From Raja brachyura (taxonomy: Eukaryota): a stretch of DNA of 64,000 bases. The stretch lies in NCBI GenBank assembly GCA_963514005.1, contig OY740805.1, positions 31,496,001-31,560,000 on the forward strand, given 5' to 3'. The notes under the pieces were generated by a model. It made no database searches and was not told the DNA's origin. It saw only the letters and a program-made list of their open reading frames with translations. Of the stretch, positions 26,301-41,300 are shown one piece after another. The translations under genes were made by a program, and so were the position numbers. The number at the start of each line of letters is the position of its first letter. Within the stretch, counting starts at the first letter, position 1.

Positions 26301-29300
26301 TGTTGCAAAACCTAGACGTTCTGCTCCTTATGCTACGATATCTTTTGCCCGAGGGCAGCAGAGTGAACAGTCTGCTGCCTGATTTGAGGGTAGCTAATGT
26401 TGTCCCACATTTTGAGAAAGGCGGGAAAGAGAAAACAGGGAATTATAGACCAGTTAGGCTGACATCGGTGGTGGGGAAGATGCTGGAGTCAATTGTAAAA
26501 GATGAGATAGCCGAACATTTGGATAGTAGTAACAGGATCGGTCCGAGTCAGCAGGGATTTACGAAGGAGAAATCATGCTTGACTAATCTTCTGGTATTTT
26601 TTGAAGATGTAACTTGGAAAATGGACAAGAGAGAGCCAGTGGATGTAGTGTACCTGGACTTTCAGAAAGCATTTAATAAGGTCCCACATAGGAGATTAGT
26701 GGGCAAAATTAGGGCACATGGTATTGGGGGGTAGAGTGCTGACATGGATAGAGAAGTGTTTGACAGACAGGAAACAAAGAGTAGGGATTAACGGGTCCCT
26801 TTCAGAATGGCAGGCAGTGACTAGTGGGGTACCACAATGCACGGTGCTGGGACCGCAGCTATTCACAATATACGTCAATGATTTGGCTGAAGGGATTCAA
26901 AGTAACATTAGCAAATTTTCAGATGACACAAAGCTGGGTGGCAGTTTGAACTGTGAGGAGGATACTATGAGGGTGACTTGGACAGGTTGGGGAAGTGGGC
27001 AGCCGCATGCTCGATTACTATCTAAATGGCGTCAAGTTGCGAAAATGGGAAGTACAACGGGATCTGGGGTGTCGTTGTACATCAGTCTATGAAAGTAAGG
27101 ATGCAGGTACAGCAGGCAGTGAAGAAAGCGAATGGCATGTTGGCCTTTATAACAAGAGGAATCGAATATAAGAGCAAAAAGGTCCTTCTGCAGTTGTACA
27201 GAGCACTGGTGAGACCACACGTGGAGTATTGTGTGCAGTTTTGGTCCACGAATTTGAGGAAGGACATTCTTGCTATTGAGGGAGTGCAGCGTATGTTTAC
27301 AAGGTTAATTCCCGGGAAGGCGGGACTGCCATATGCTGAGAGAATGGAGCAGCTGGGCCTGTACACCTTGGAGTTCAGAAGGATGAGAGGGGATCTTATT
27401 GAAACATATAAGATTGCTACGGGCTTGGATACGCTAGAGGCAGGAAACATGTTCCCGATGTTGGGGGAGTCCAGAACCAGGGGCCACACTTCGAAGGAGT
27501 GAGCCACTTCGAACGGAGTCGATGAAACACTTCACCTCACAGAGAGTGGTGAGTCTGTGGAATTCTCTGCCTAAGAGGGCGGTGGAGGTAGGTTCTCTGG
27601 ATGCTTTCAATAGAGAGCTAGATAGGGCTCTTAAAAATAGCGGTGTCAGGGCATATGGGGAGAAGGCAGGAACGCGGTACGGATTGGGAATGATCAGCCA
27701 TGATCACATTGAATTCCGGTGCTGGTTCGAATGGCCGAATGGCCTAGCGCTGCACTATTGTCTATTGTCTATTATCATGTTTGAAATTGGATATCCCGAC
27801 AGAACCTTGATATATCACTCTCACGTTTTATCTTAATGACTTGGATTATCCTATTGGCTATCCTTAATGAAATCATGGATTGACCTATTAAAATAACCCC
27901 CTCGACTTTTCGTCATGTGGTGGACAGTTTTGATATTTTCAGAATTCGGAGTTCTTTTTTAAATTGTAAAATGCAATACAAATCAATTATATCGGAAATA
28001 TGGGCCAGAATTCACAATTAAATCTATGCTCTGCGTTGCTGTATTTTATTCAGAATTGAAGAAAATTATTGAAGCACTGAAGCGGAAAGGTGACTAATCA
28101 CTAAATATCGTTTTTAGCATGACGTACGAAAAAGCATGACATCACGACAATCTATGCTTCAAAGAGAAACAGAATGATATAGTGTGGGAATAGGCTCTTG
28201 GGCCCAACTTGTTCACACCGGCCAACATGTCCCAGCTACATTAGGCCCACCTGCCAGTATTTAGTGCAGAACCTTCCAAACCTGTCATATCCATCTGCCT
28301 GTCTAACTGTTTCTTGAATGTTGCGATAATCCCTGCCTCATCCACCGCCTTTGGCAGCTTGTTCCATAGTCCCAACACACATTGTGTGAGGACATTTTCC
28401 CTCACATTCCTATTAAATCTTTCCCCCTCACCTCGAACCTATGTCCATCTGTCTCCGTAAGCTACAAGAGTTTGGAAATTAAAGACACATGATTAAAGAA
28501 TGGCCCTTCGGCCCAGTATGTGCGTGAGTGCCATTAATTATGCCATCCCCGCTTCTACAGGTCCCATCTTCTCGTGAAAAAAATCACCCTGATCTAGAAC
28601 TCCATAGGCACCGATTCCCAAATTATTTCCGGCCACATATTCGTCGGACCAAAGTGGAAGTATAAAGCAAGAAATGTGGAATCTGATAACTTGAATATAA
28701 ACCGAAAATGATGGAAGCATTCAGTAGCAAGACAGTATATATGGAATAGAAACAGATTTAACGTGTAATACCCAAAGCACCTTGGACCCAGGTGCTTATT
28801 ACTATTTTGATTGTTGTGCTTCTGTCAACAGAAAATACTTTCGGTCAGCAAGAAAAAGGTATCAATTCTAATACGTGCGGTCCTTGTTCCATAGGTTTTT
28901 GTTTGCTTAACTTGCTATTTCATCAACATCTGTCAAATCTGTGTTGGGATATCTGTCAAATATTTGTGTCTTATTTTCCATAAAACTGTTTCCACTGTTA
29001 TGCCTTTGTCGTTCCCTACAGGAAGTATGCAACACACTCCCTCTGCATCGTGAATTCTGTATTTTAGCTCAGATTCTCTGAATTACTTCTGGGAAACGGA
29101 CGAGAAGAAATATGCGCAAGGAAAAATGCAGACGGTGAACATGCTCCCGGAAGAGTAAATTAACAGAGACATGCTAACAATGAAGATGGTTTAACCATCA
29201 ATAGCTCTATAATCTGAGAGCCATTAATTTGTCATTTATGTCCATTATTTGCTCCGTGAGATAACAGTAAGACTTCATTCACGTAAATCTTCAAAAGGAA

Positions 29301-32300
29301 AGCAGAAACAATGAAGATACCCAAAGCAAAAGTTAGGAAAACGCAACCCATCCCACAAAAGCGTCCAATGGGCGAGATTGGTTATACCGACAGCAAATAA
29401 TGAAAGGTTAGCAATAAGTACTGACAATGTGTTACAAAATCTTGCTATAACCAAACCCCTGTTTTATGAGATTGAAAGGTTCACAGTCTCATGTCTAAAA
29501 TAAAATTAATTTCAGCTCAGGCATCTATTAGGTGATATTCTGTTTCAGTAAGAGTGTACAAAAGTGTTGACGTCTAAACGTCGCGCCAATAATCAATAAC
29601 CCCTTCATTGAGCACTCCATAATCATCCCACTCTGTTATTTGATGCGACTGGACCCTAATTACATCAAAACATCGTGAAAACCATTTCAATTAATCGTCA
29701 CTAAATTCGAGAAGAGAAAATACCACTGACACGCAGATATTCTGTAATTGAGACTACCTGCAGAAAATGAACCCAATATAATATATGTAAAAGTTGTCAT
29801 TTATTATCTGCCATTTGGTCAGGTGATCAGAGCACTCGATCGCGAATTCTTCCTTAGTATTGACGGAATTGTACTACCTAATTTTAGTATGGAGTTTGTT
29901 CAACAAGAGGAGCATTCGCCGTACCTGACGACATGCAACTTGCATGAACAAGTACTGAGTACAATAACAATTGTGCCTGTCATTTGATGATATTAAGAAC
30001 GACCTTCGAATTCATCTGGAGAGAAGGTATGCGGGTAGAGCGTGAACGTGACTGGTCTCAAAATTATGTTTACTTTCCAACCTTGCTACATGCAGGTGTA
30101 CCTGCCATGATTTCTAGTTGGCCATTTAACCTCAGAACAAAATGACATCAAGCAAGGCCGTGTTCTCGCTGCACATTTCTCCTCCACCTCATTGGCACTA
30201 TTAGTCACTTCCTGTTAACATCCATTCACATTTTCTTTCCTACTCTATCTCATACATATTTATTTTTCTGCTTCAGGGAGCGACACGACCGAACCTGGGA
30301 TTTCAGAAAAAGGTAGAGTCAAAATAAAATATCCAACTATGCTGATTAAGATAGCCCAATTATAAGGTAGTCTAATTTTGCAGGAAATTATACATGTAAT
30401 AGTTATCAATCAAGTTTATTTTCTTTCACGATAGGGCAATGCTGAACAGTTCTATTTTTTCAACCTGGACGCAACATTGTATCGAAATCCGCAGGAGAAA
30501 AAAAACATATTTTTAAAAATATTGTGTATTCTCGATTTATCCACACGAAATCCCCTCAACTGAAGATTTCACCTTCAATAAGCCACGGGTAAAATTAAGT
30601 CAAGACGCCTGCAATTAATTCCACTAAGGTGTAACTGTGTAAATTCGCTGTTGCTCCAACCAGGTAATTTTTTGGGATCAGTTCGACATTTTTATTCAAA
30701 ATTATATTCACGCATTAGCAGAAAACGGTGAGTTCCATCAAATATATTCTTCCAACGGTGTATTCCCTATTTTTTTTATTCTACACGGAGACTACCACCG
30801 ACTGACAATTATATATTAACATTGTTCAAGAATTGTACTCCAGGTGACTTGTAGATATCAATGTTACACTTGGCTTTGTACATCAGGACCATTTGATCTG
30901 CACCAAGACACACCGAATTTCAACGCTATGCCTTTTCGTTTTGACACCGACCGGTGGTGCAAATTGAAGCCCATTGTGCAGCTACCAAGTATCAACTATC
31001 GTATCAGGAATCAAAATAAAACATTCAACGATTTCTCAACCTCGAGCAATAACAATCGAAGATAAATTATCTTGCTCTTAGACGACTGCAAATCAATGCA
31101 AGTACATTAAAAATTGCAAATATACATGTATATTCGAATTCTGTTTTTACATTGCAGAAATCTCCATACTGGACGACAGCCTAAATAAAGCAGGTAAACT
31201 CTATCAAACATAATTCAAGGAAACTTGTAATTTGCCAGTGACAACGATAATAAGGAAACTATGTTGCGTTCTAAACCATTTGAGGCTTTAACTGTCGTAA
31301 GCAATACCTGTGCCATGAAAAATGTTAGCACTTTGTCGTTCCACCAATTGCAAGATTAATTCTGAACGTAATTTAAGACATGCGAAAGTTGGAGATTAAC
31401 TGCCAAGAGACGTTGCAGACCAATTCGCTTCCAGAAAAGCCAACAGATAACAATTCGCTCGCAACTCATTTTGGCATTTCCTCGAAGTTTTCATGTGGGC
31501 TTCATAACAAGCAAATGTATGGAGTATTTCAGGTCAGCCATGATTGGAGTATCTAATCTCGCTTCAACTACTGAACACATAATCTTTCCAATAGGATTAA
31601 CGTGTCATTCTGAAAAGAGGCAACAAATACATATATATTATTTTCTCCATCTTCATTAAAATAATTACTGTGGTAAATGAAGGGGCGTTCATTTTGATTG
31701 TAAAATAGAGGAAAAAGTGGAAAAAGCTAACTCCAGTATTGTGTTTGGTTTAATGCATTCTTTTTAAAAATCGTTTATTTTCAACGACACTAATTATCCA
31801 ATCTTATATTATTTCTTTGTAATTAGCGTTCAGTTTTACAAACTGTAACATTATAGTTTATTGTAAAGAATTTTGGCAGAAAAACGCAATGGACTGGAAT
31901 GTCTGCCTGTTCTGGAAATGTGAGCTCAGCCTTAAACCATCTAGGCACACGGTGCACCCCTAACCTTCTACGGTAGCGGGTTGTTCAAGAAGGTCAAACA
32001 AGAACACGTTCTGAAACGGGAAAATGAAAAGAAATAGCAAATATGTGTAACAAGCATCGAAATATCCAGTACAATATGGTTTTTTTTAAAGTAGCGTAAT
32101 AACTCCATTTTGATTGCACATTTTAAAATATCTACTTCTTTCAGAACGCCTGCTGCTGAAGAGAGAAACGGGTACGGCGATTAAATAAATTAAAGTTATC
32201 GTCAGCATATTGAGGAAGATCCGTAGTAAAGTGCGGCTAGACCACGCACACAACTATCTATCTATCTCTATCTAATTATCAATCTACCTATCTATCGACC

Positions 32301-35300
32301 NNNNNNNNNNNNNNNNNNNNNNNNNNNNNNNNNNNNNNNNNNNNNNNNNNNNNNNNNNNNNNNNNNNNNNNNNNNNNNNNNNNNNNNNNNNNNNNNNNNN
32401 NNNNNNNNNNNNNNNNNNNNNNNNNNNNNNNNNNNNNNNNNNNNNNNNNNNNNNNNNNNNNNNNNNNNNNNNNNNNNNNNNNNNNNNNNNNNNNNNNNNN
32501 NNNNNNNNNNNNNNNNNNNNNNNNNNNNNNNNNNNNNNNNNNNNNNNNNNNNNNNNNNNNNNNNNNNNNNNNNNNNNNNNNNNNNNNNNNNNNNNNNNNN
32601 NNNNNNNNNNNNNNNNNNNNNNNNNNNNNNNNNNNNNNNNNNNNNNNNNNNNNNNNNNNNNNNNNNNNNNNNNNNNNNNNNNNNNNNNNNNNNNNNNNNN
32701 NNNNNNNNNNNNNNNNNNNNNNNNNNNNNNNNNNNNNNNNNNNNNNNNNAACGTTTTTTTCATCAATCAAAAGATTCATTTCATGTCAAGTTATTTTCAA
32801 GACGCTCGCAAGAATGCATACGCAAATCCGGCACCGTTGTCCTCACATATTTGGGGTTTGCGGATACACTTGCAAATTCCAATAGTGAGAATATTTTTTA
32901 TCCGATTTTGAAATTATTTTATAAAGAAACAGATTAGATGCTAAATAGCTGAAAAGAACAGACATAGAAAGTGACACTATCACTGGGATGTCAACATTAT
33001 ATATAGTTGAGAATACATTTTTATTTGAAACGCTGAAAATCAATACTTTGTTTTCTTAAACAATTACGCACTTTTTTTAGAGGTTGCTATAATGACAGAC
33101 AGAAAATGGTGGAGTAATCAGGCAGTATTTATGGAGAAAAGGAGTGGGTGACCTTTCGGATCACGACCGATCTTCAGACTGTGATTCATGAGAGAGGGAA
33201 ACTAGAGGTATGAAAAGATACAGAACAAATCAGAGCCGGCACCGATGACAAAGGAAAGGTGGAGCCCATAATGTGCTATTGTTGGGTACTTTAAAATTTG
33301 TTTTGTTGACCTAATTATTTGGCGTTCAGTATGAATCACTGCTAGCCTATTTCGGCCCCTTTGTGCAGTGCATATGTAAAACTGCAGCAAATAATAATAA
33401 TAACAACTTAAATATATTAACGTAAATGTATTTGCGCTAAAATATCACATATTCTATAATCCCTCAACAGACAGTGAACTCATTGAGAAAGACACAGGTA
33501 AGATAACATCTTCTCCAGATTCGAATAATTCTCAAGAGATGAAACATTTCAAAGATGGCCAAATTCGCGGGACATATTATGGTGATTAGATGTGCTCTTG
33601 CGGTTATTGTATTAAATAGTGAAGGTCGCCTTTTACTTGGACAACTTTGATGGGAAACGGGTATAGGGGGTTTTAAAGCTCTGAGCAAACTATCAAAATC
33701 AGAAGTGAAATTGAGGTTGTAAGCATCGTTCAAATTTTTGCAAGCAATCTAAATGGTACTTTTCCATGGGCTGGCTGTTGGAAAATGACTTATTCCACAC
33801 AACTGCAAGTCAAACTCGGAAAAAGAGGCAGCGGAAGCTAATCTTCCTGATATTCCGTTGCAATATCACCGCAGAGTCCCCACCATTAACTTATTGAACG
33901 TCAGCATTGTCTTGCAAGTTAACTGATATAGCTGCGTAAAGGTCTTGGCATTGGAAGAGGTAGAAGTTGGGTATGCTCTGCCTAATATTTCGCTTCCTAA
34001 TAATTTCCTGCATCTACAAATTGAATGTACTTAAACGCATTCCATTTTTCTTACTGAAAACTGCCCATAAAACGACTCCAGCCAAAAACACAATCCTGGA
34101 AAAAGTAAACGGCCTGATTGACCACAAACTATCAATACAATACATTCATTTTCTCTAACGCTGTCGAACGGTGATCGCGATCCATATAACCTGAATTTTA
34201 TTTTGCCTCCTCTATTCCGGTAGCACCATATAAACACTTCACGCATCCGAGCTATTAATTCCGATGAATACTGCGATTGTTAATCCTTTTTAGTCAAATA
34301 TATCTATTTTGCTAAATACCTTATATCGTACAATGTAATGTTTATTCATTCGCAATGATATAACGATTGACACGTTTAACAATGAACAATATCATTCAAC
34401 GATTGGACGGGGATGCATGGGTTAAATTGAGGGCAATGGGTGAAATTCTAAATTGAACGTCAAATACTCTAGCTTTTTGCGTCCGTCTTCGATTTAAATC
34501 AGCATCTGCAGTTCCTTCCTGCATAAGAGTTACGCCACATTTTTGTGAAAACATCCGGAAGTATGTATGCCTTTGGAAAAACACCTGCCACAATCTCTGT
34601 GCTGAGAGTATCTATGAGACTTTCGCCAATTCACAGTAAAATACAACATTCTCGTTAATTGGGAATGTTATATTGCACCCACCTCATATCTACGTAGTTG
34701 CTGATCGTCAACCACGTTAATGTCGTGCAAATACATGTAATCTGGAGGAATCATGTAATCTGGAGGAAGGAACTGCAGATGCTGGTTCACACCGAAGATA
34801 GACACAAAATTCCCGAGTAACGCAGTGGGACAAGCAGCATCCCCGGAGAGAAGGAATGGGTGACGCTTTGGGTCGAGACCCTTCTTTAGACTGAGAGTCG
34901 GGGAGAGGGAAACTGGAGATATGGGAGGGTAAGGTGTGAAAACGACAGATAAAAGCAGACGCTGGTCAAGATGTGGAGGGTTCATTGTTGGCTGAGGCGA
35001 AACGGGTAACGAGGCATACAAACAGTAAAATGAATCAGGAAGACAGTGAAACTAGTCGGAGAACCAGGGTGGTCTGGAATGAGATCAAATGAAAGCAAGC
35101 ATTATTTGAAGTTAGATTTTTGGTGTTTCATTGCATTTGTTATCCGGCTGCGTTGGAAGCTGCCCATGCGAAATATGATGTGTTGGTCCTCCAAGCTGCG
35201 GTTCTCCTCACTATAACAGTGGAGCAGGCCCAGGGCAGGATGGTCAGAATGAAAATGGGGGAATTAAAGTGTTTAGCAAACTGGAGATCGCGTAGGCCTT

Positions 35301-38300
35301 GGCGGGCTGAGGCAGCTCTTCAGCGAAACGTCAGCCTGACGTATAACATTCTGCCTTAAATGAAATGTTGCTGGAGTTTCCCAAACGTCTCAAGTGTGTT
35401 GAAAACAAAATACAATGTCTATCGCTACTGTGTTTTTGCAATATCCCTATGTCCAGAATAATATGTGATTACGCTTTTGAAGGTTTATTGTTGTTTCATA
35501 TGTTTATGTTCGGCGTCGATATATTAAAATAACAAGATGAACGGGTGCATGCGTTGCAAATGTACTGAGAATATGAATATTATTCAGGTCAAAAATAGAA
35601 GCTATTTAGAAAAAGTTTTGAATTGGTGAAATTATAACCCCACTTTTCTCTGTAAGCCGCACAAAGTATAAACATTTTCAGAAGTTGAATTGAAGAAAAC
35701 TAATTTCATTGCAAATTATGTGCAATGTTTAGCACGTGCTCTTACGAATGTCATTTTATTTTGGTTTTATCAGCGATTAAGAAACTAAATGTGTTTTTGG
35801 AACAAGCAGGTGAGGTCTTGTATAATAATCTAGCGTGCATTCAAGAGCTGCGCATAAAAACACTCGATTTTCTTCCGGCAATGTATCCTCAATCGTTCCC
35901 GCTCACGAATTATGTCTTTTTTTTATATATATATTATCGTCGGTGCGTTTTTACTAATTATATTCACCAGAAAAAAATACGTTAATACGATTGTCAAGTA
36001 ACATAGAATTTAAGTTCAATTTCGCGTAAATTCGATTGTCGGACACTCATGGTACTTCGTACAAAGCGATTCGTGTAACTAATTTTGCGCATGGCATGTC
36101 ATTGTTTGGCGTTCAGTAATTAACAAATAATTTTCTCTTGAAGAGAAATCACGCAGAGATCAAGAGAACGGTAAGTGTTACAGATTACGCGGTTTTTTTT
36201 CAATTTAAATAAATAATTTTCTGATAATCAACCCCTGATAAAACATTGCATTCGATACAATTCTCAATCTTACATTCACCAGGTTTCTGTGCTTGAGATA
36301 ATGTTGTAGGATGTTTTTATGTCATTTTTATATTATCTTAGCTAAACAGGTTAGAAATATATCCGGCAAGAGATCATCTTAAATTATGATTTATCCAATC
36401 AGCGTTCCTCTCGTCATAAGGGTGTACACGTCGTATATTCTCCACCAGATTCGCGTCATCTTCAGCTGACCCTTTTAAATGTTTCGGATTAATTTTAATG
36501 AAGTCGTTGATGGCTATTATTGCAATTTTTCTGATTATGTCAATGCCCAGTGTTTCTTCTTTTCTATAACACATAAGGAGGCCATTCAGCCCAACGGCAC
36601 GAAGGCGGCAGAAACCCATGTGCTCACAGTGGGAATGCTTAAATTTCAAGCTGACACTCCCTGACGTCATTTCGACGCTCGATGTTTACAGCTCTGAGCT
36701 AGTTGTACGAACGGCTGCACACACGGTCTGAGTTGTGTCATTTATTTAATAATTGTATTTTGTAATAGTAATAATAGTACTAAATTTTATGTTACAATCC
36801 ATGCTGTTTTCTATTGCCTCATTTTTCTGATTAGGACAGTGGGCTTAAAATTGCGAATAAACCAATTCATCCGATGGTCTTCATGTGCATCCATGGGCGT
36901 AGACGTTCAGAAGCTAGTCGCATCTCGGAGCACCATTCCGACTTTTTGAATGGTCTTGACACTGTCACCGATATGATCTTAAAGGCATCTGCGATATCTA
37001 TTCCAGACATGGAGTTTCAGAAATGGGTAGGCATGACTCGCAACTTGAAAATCATTGTTTCGAGGTCTTTCAAATCAAGAGACTCCGGATTGATGTGCAC
37101 CCATAATTAGGTAGCTAATTTAGTTTAGTTGGCGGTGCATATCATTGTCCTAATTGCGTGATCTACTCGTTAGTCATACAATGATGATGTAATCTGTACG
37201 TGTAACCTAAGTAAGATTTTCGAAATACCTTAGGTCCTTTCACGAGACAATTTTTAGATTGCCATTTGGGCAACGCGGAAAGTAATTGTTCCGCCTTTCC
37301 CTTTTAAGAGACATATGGTTAATCAAAAAAGATACATGTAAATAAAATGAAAAGGTATTTCTCAATGTGCAGGAACCAGTTTTCTTTAAACCACTGAGTG
37401 AATGAATGAATGAATGAATGAATGAATGAATGAATTTATTTGTCGTTGTAAGCACTGCACAAAACTAAATTATTATTGCCACCCCATTGGTGCATAATAT
37501 ACAAACATAAAAGCACAGGGCAAAAATTGAAAACATTGTTATAAAACTAGGTATCAAGATAAATAAATAATCAGTATTGCAAGTGGTGATAGTAAAGTGC
37601 GAGGTGGGTAGCAGCATGGCAAAGTGTAGCAAGAATAATACTCAGTATTTTTTCATCTTGAGTGGGAAGATTGCTTTGGGAAATAAACTCTCTGCGCCTG
37701 AAGGTGCGTGTTTTGGCTGACCTGTAACGCCTGCCAGAAAACAACGGTTCAAAAACGTGGTGACCGTGGTGCCCGGAGTATTTCATGATGATAGTGGCTC
37801 TGCTGAGGTAGCGTGATGTGGCAATGTCCTCCAGAAAGGGCAGTGGGCAGCCGGTGATTCTCTCTGCAGTTTTTACCACTCTCTGGAGCGCTTTCCAGTC
37901 TAAAGCAGCGCAGCCTGCACACCACACTGACATACAATATGTCAGCAGTCTCTCAATGGTCGCCCCGTAGAAGGCCACCATCAGCTTCTACTTAATGTTT
38001 TGCTTCCCGAGCACTCTCGGGAAGTGGTCTCCGTTGTGTTCTCTTGACGGTTGGAATGGTGTTGGCCGTCCAGGAGAGGTCCTCGGATATGAGGATCCTA
38101 GGAATTCCAAAGTCTGCACCCTTTACACATATGCCCCATGTATGCAGAGCGGGACGGGTCTGCGTCCCGTTTCCTCCTGAAGTCCAGTATTAGCTCGTTT
38201 GTCTTCGTGGTGTTCAGTGTCAGGTTATTGTGTTCAGAACGTCGTAATATTATCTTACGAAACAAAAGATAAAGAACTCCAAAATATAAAATAACGTGTT

Positions 38301-41300
38301 GTTTTATTTAATTTATTTCACGAAAAGAAACAGTAAATGTGAAAAGAGGTAACTAAATCATTATTATCAAGCAAATCTCCTAAATCCAATGTAATATAAA
38401 TTTGCTACTCTGGAGTCTATGATTATTATTTATGCGTCGGTGTACGAACTAGACGATTCCGTTATTCAAACATATTTTATTGCACGTTTGCTTTAGGTGT
38501 TGGTATTTACTGTAAGACACCGTTTATATCACTGCGTGGTGTAAATAGATTTCCACCATATGAATATTTTGAAACCGGTTCACATCTCTGAGGAGCCACA
38601 CGATAATGTTTCCCGGGATCAAGTCCATAGCCAGCCAGCAAAGTGGGGGGGGGGGCAAGGCTCGTGCCGGAGGGGTCTACATGTGTCGCAGGCATTGAAT
38701 CCCAAAACCACATTCTCAACTCACTCTGGTATTCTTTGAATCGGTGTTTGTCTAATATTTTTCTACTAATCAAATACATAAAAACTGAAATAAAAAGAAA
38801 CAATTAACAATTTACACACATATAGGGAGAATACGTTACTTTGTGCATTTCTATCTCATGAAAAAAATGTGAACTATGTTACACAAATCAACAAATCAAA
38901 AAATGCAATGAACCACCAAAAATTCGCAATTCGTAGATCCATGCTTTGGACAAATCTGTAGGTCAGATACCAATCGCAAACGCCTTCTCCATTACAACCG
39001 AGTGCGGTTGGATCCAATCCGTGTTTACAGTAAATTATGCTGGCGGAGAACTAAATCAAATCGTTTATACTACAGCATTTTGGTTTCCTTTCCAGAAATG
39101 GAGCAACTGAAAAAAAGACTCAAATATTCGGGTGAGAAAGGATTCTTGTTTTCATTTCACTACTGTATATTTATAGTAATTTAAAAAATGAATTTTTGGT
39201 TTCTCGTATTATCCCTAACTGATACGCTGGTTAACAATTGACCGGTGCTAATAAAAAATACACTTGAATACATATAATTCCTGAGACACATATGTACCTT
39301 TACGTTCAATTCCTCGTCGATAAGCTCCCGATAAGCTCAGTCAATTCTGACATGTTTCAGTCATGATTTTCATATTATATACCCATTGAATTCAACTCTA
39401 ATTATTATTTTCCAAGTGGCATGTTCCAAATTCCTTAACTATGAATTATTTCTCCAAGAAAGTTTTCAGGCTAAATGTTCTGAATTTCTTCAATTTCTAC
39501 GTGATGTCGTTGTGCTTGATTCCCTCGAAAATCTGGTAACAATTCAAAATCTATAGGATTTCATGGATGAGTTCAATAACGAAACAGCCAACAGGTAACA
39601 GGGACTTTGAAAAATACGGTTAAAGAAAACGGTAAATATCGATGAGGGCATGATAATTAAATAAGCTAATTAAATGCAGCTTATATAAATGACTCTCCGA
39701 GAGTTCATAGTCGCCACCCAGACATGTTTTACGGTAGGAAAATCAAAAAGACCACATGGTAAAACATTTTTCCTTCATCTAATTTGTAAGTTGTTGATCT
39801 TTTTTCCTGATCCAATACACAGAGTTCTACATTTATCAGCAGCATAAACAACTTTCCAGCATTGGAAATACGTCTGCAATTATGTCATGTAACAAATGAA
39901 TGCCATTAAAAACTCACGTCACGCGCAGCAGAGGGAAAATGTGAAAATCTTCCAACCAAGTCATGAAATAAATTTGTTGGAAGTCAGAAACAGAAACGAT
40001 GACCTCTTTTTCTCATATACAGTGCAAACATATTATGTAAAATTCGTGACTGGATGATGCATGTTAGTTTTGGCACCTTCGTATAAACTATTGCCACGGC
40101 GAATCACCTTGTAAAGATAAATGCGGCCGTGGACTTGACCACAGTTGAAAATATAATGGAACACAACATTTTGGAAACGGCCCCACTGCTCGGATTTACA
40201 TTTACAGATATGAAATACCGCCTGTTCAGTCCTACTTACCTGGCGAGTTTCCGGGAATGCAGGCATCCGATTAAGGGGAAAAAAACCTTGTTCACCTGGC
40301 CCACGTCGTGCAACGCTATGTGTCACTAGAACCGCCGGAGACTGATAATAGCTGTCAGTCAATGTTGTGTGGAGAGGAGCCGACTTCAGAGGAATGCCTA
40401 TGAAAGGAAATTAAGTAATATCGCAAAACATCCATTGAAAACAGTGTTGAAAGGAATAATGTGATATATTCATGAACAAAACGAAACATTAGCTTTCAAC
40501 CGATAGGCGAAGTCATCTAAATCGTGGTTTTTCATTCGAAGAAGAGGAAGAAGAGATAATCTGAATTAATAGCATGTGCTCATTAAAAAAAGGGAAAGAC
40601 TAAACGATAAATTGAAGGGTATTATTGCTATTGTACAAGAATAAAATCGCGCCATTCGCTTTCATAGTTGGAACCATTTATTCCTTTCATGGAGGATGAG
40701 TGTTTTTTTTACGCAGCAGACGTTACGCAGCAGAAATGCCATCTTCATGGATGATGCATGTCTTTTCTTATCTGATGATCTTTCATTATTTTAACAATCT
40801 GATGCATTCGGCAGGCAAACATTGCTTATTCATTTCTAATTGCAATATATGTCTTTGCAAGTTAGGTCATCAGATAATTGTATTTTGGTTGCTCAAGTCA
40901 CTGATGGTGGAAGATTATTTCTATGAATATTCCGTCCCTCATTTAGAAGACACATGCAATGAGAAAGAAAGAGGTATGTGCATTGAGGTGGAAAAAAAAC
41001 ACTTTTATGGGTTACGTAAATCAGATTCATAAAGCAAGGAAAGCAACTTACATTATTTTACATTTTATAATAGTCTATGAATTTTATTTCTCAGAACTAA
41101 CATCTTTGAAGCAAGCTTTGCAAGTGACACGTGAGTAACAACCTTGCATTAAGATAGGGAATTTTAAATTAGATTACGCCATACATTTGTTTTAAACCGG
41201 AATGTTTCCCGTTTTGTAAAAAATAACGTCAATACCTAAATTGTTCCCCCTTATTTTTGCTATGCCTTGAATATTCGTCAGTGGCATTCAAATATTGCAA

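Noticed and set aside
28792-28983. ORF with a signal-peptide-like start ([12 protein letters not shown])
   Set aside because: The hydrophobic part is the polypyrimidine tract of micro-exon 28832-28858, and the start codon is GTG.
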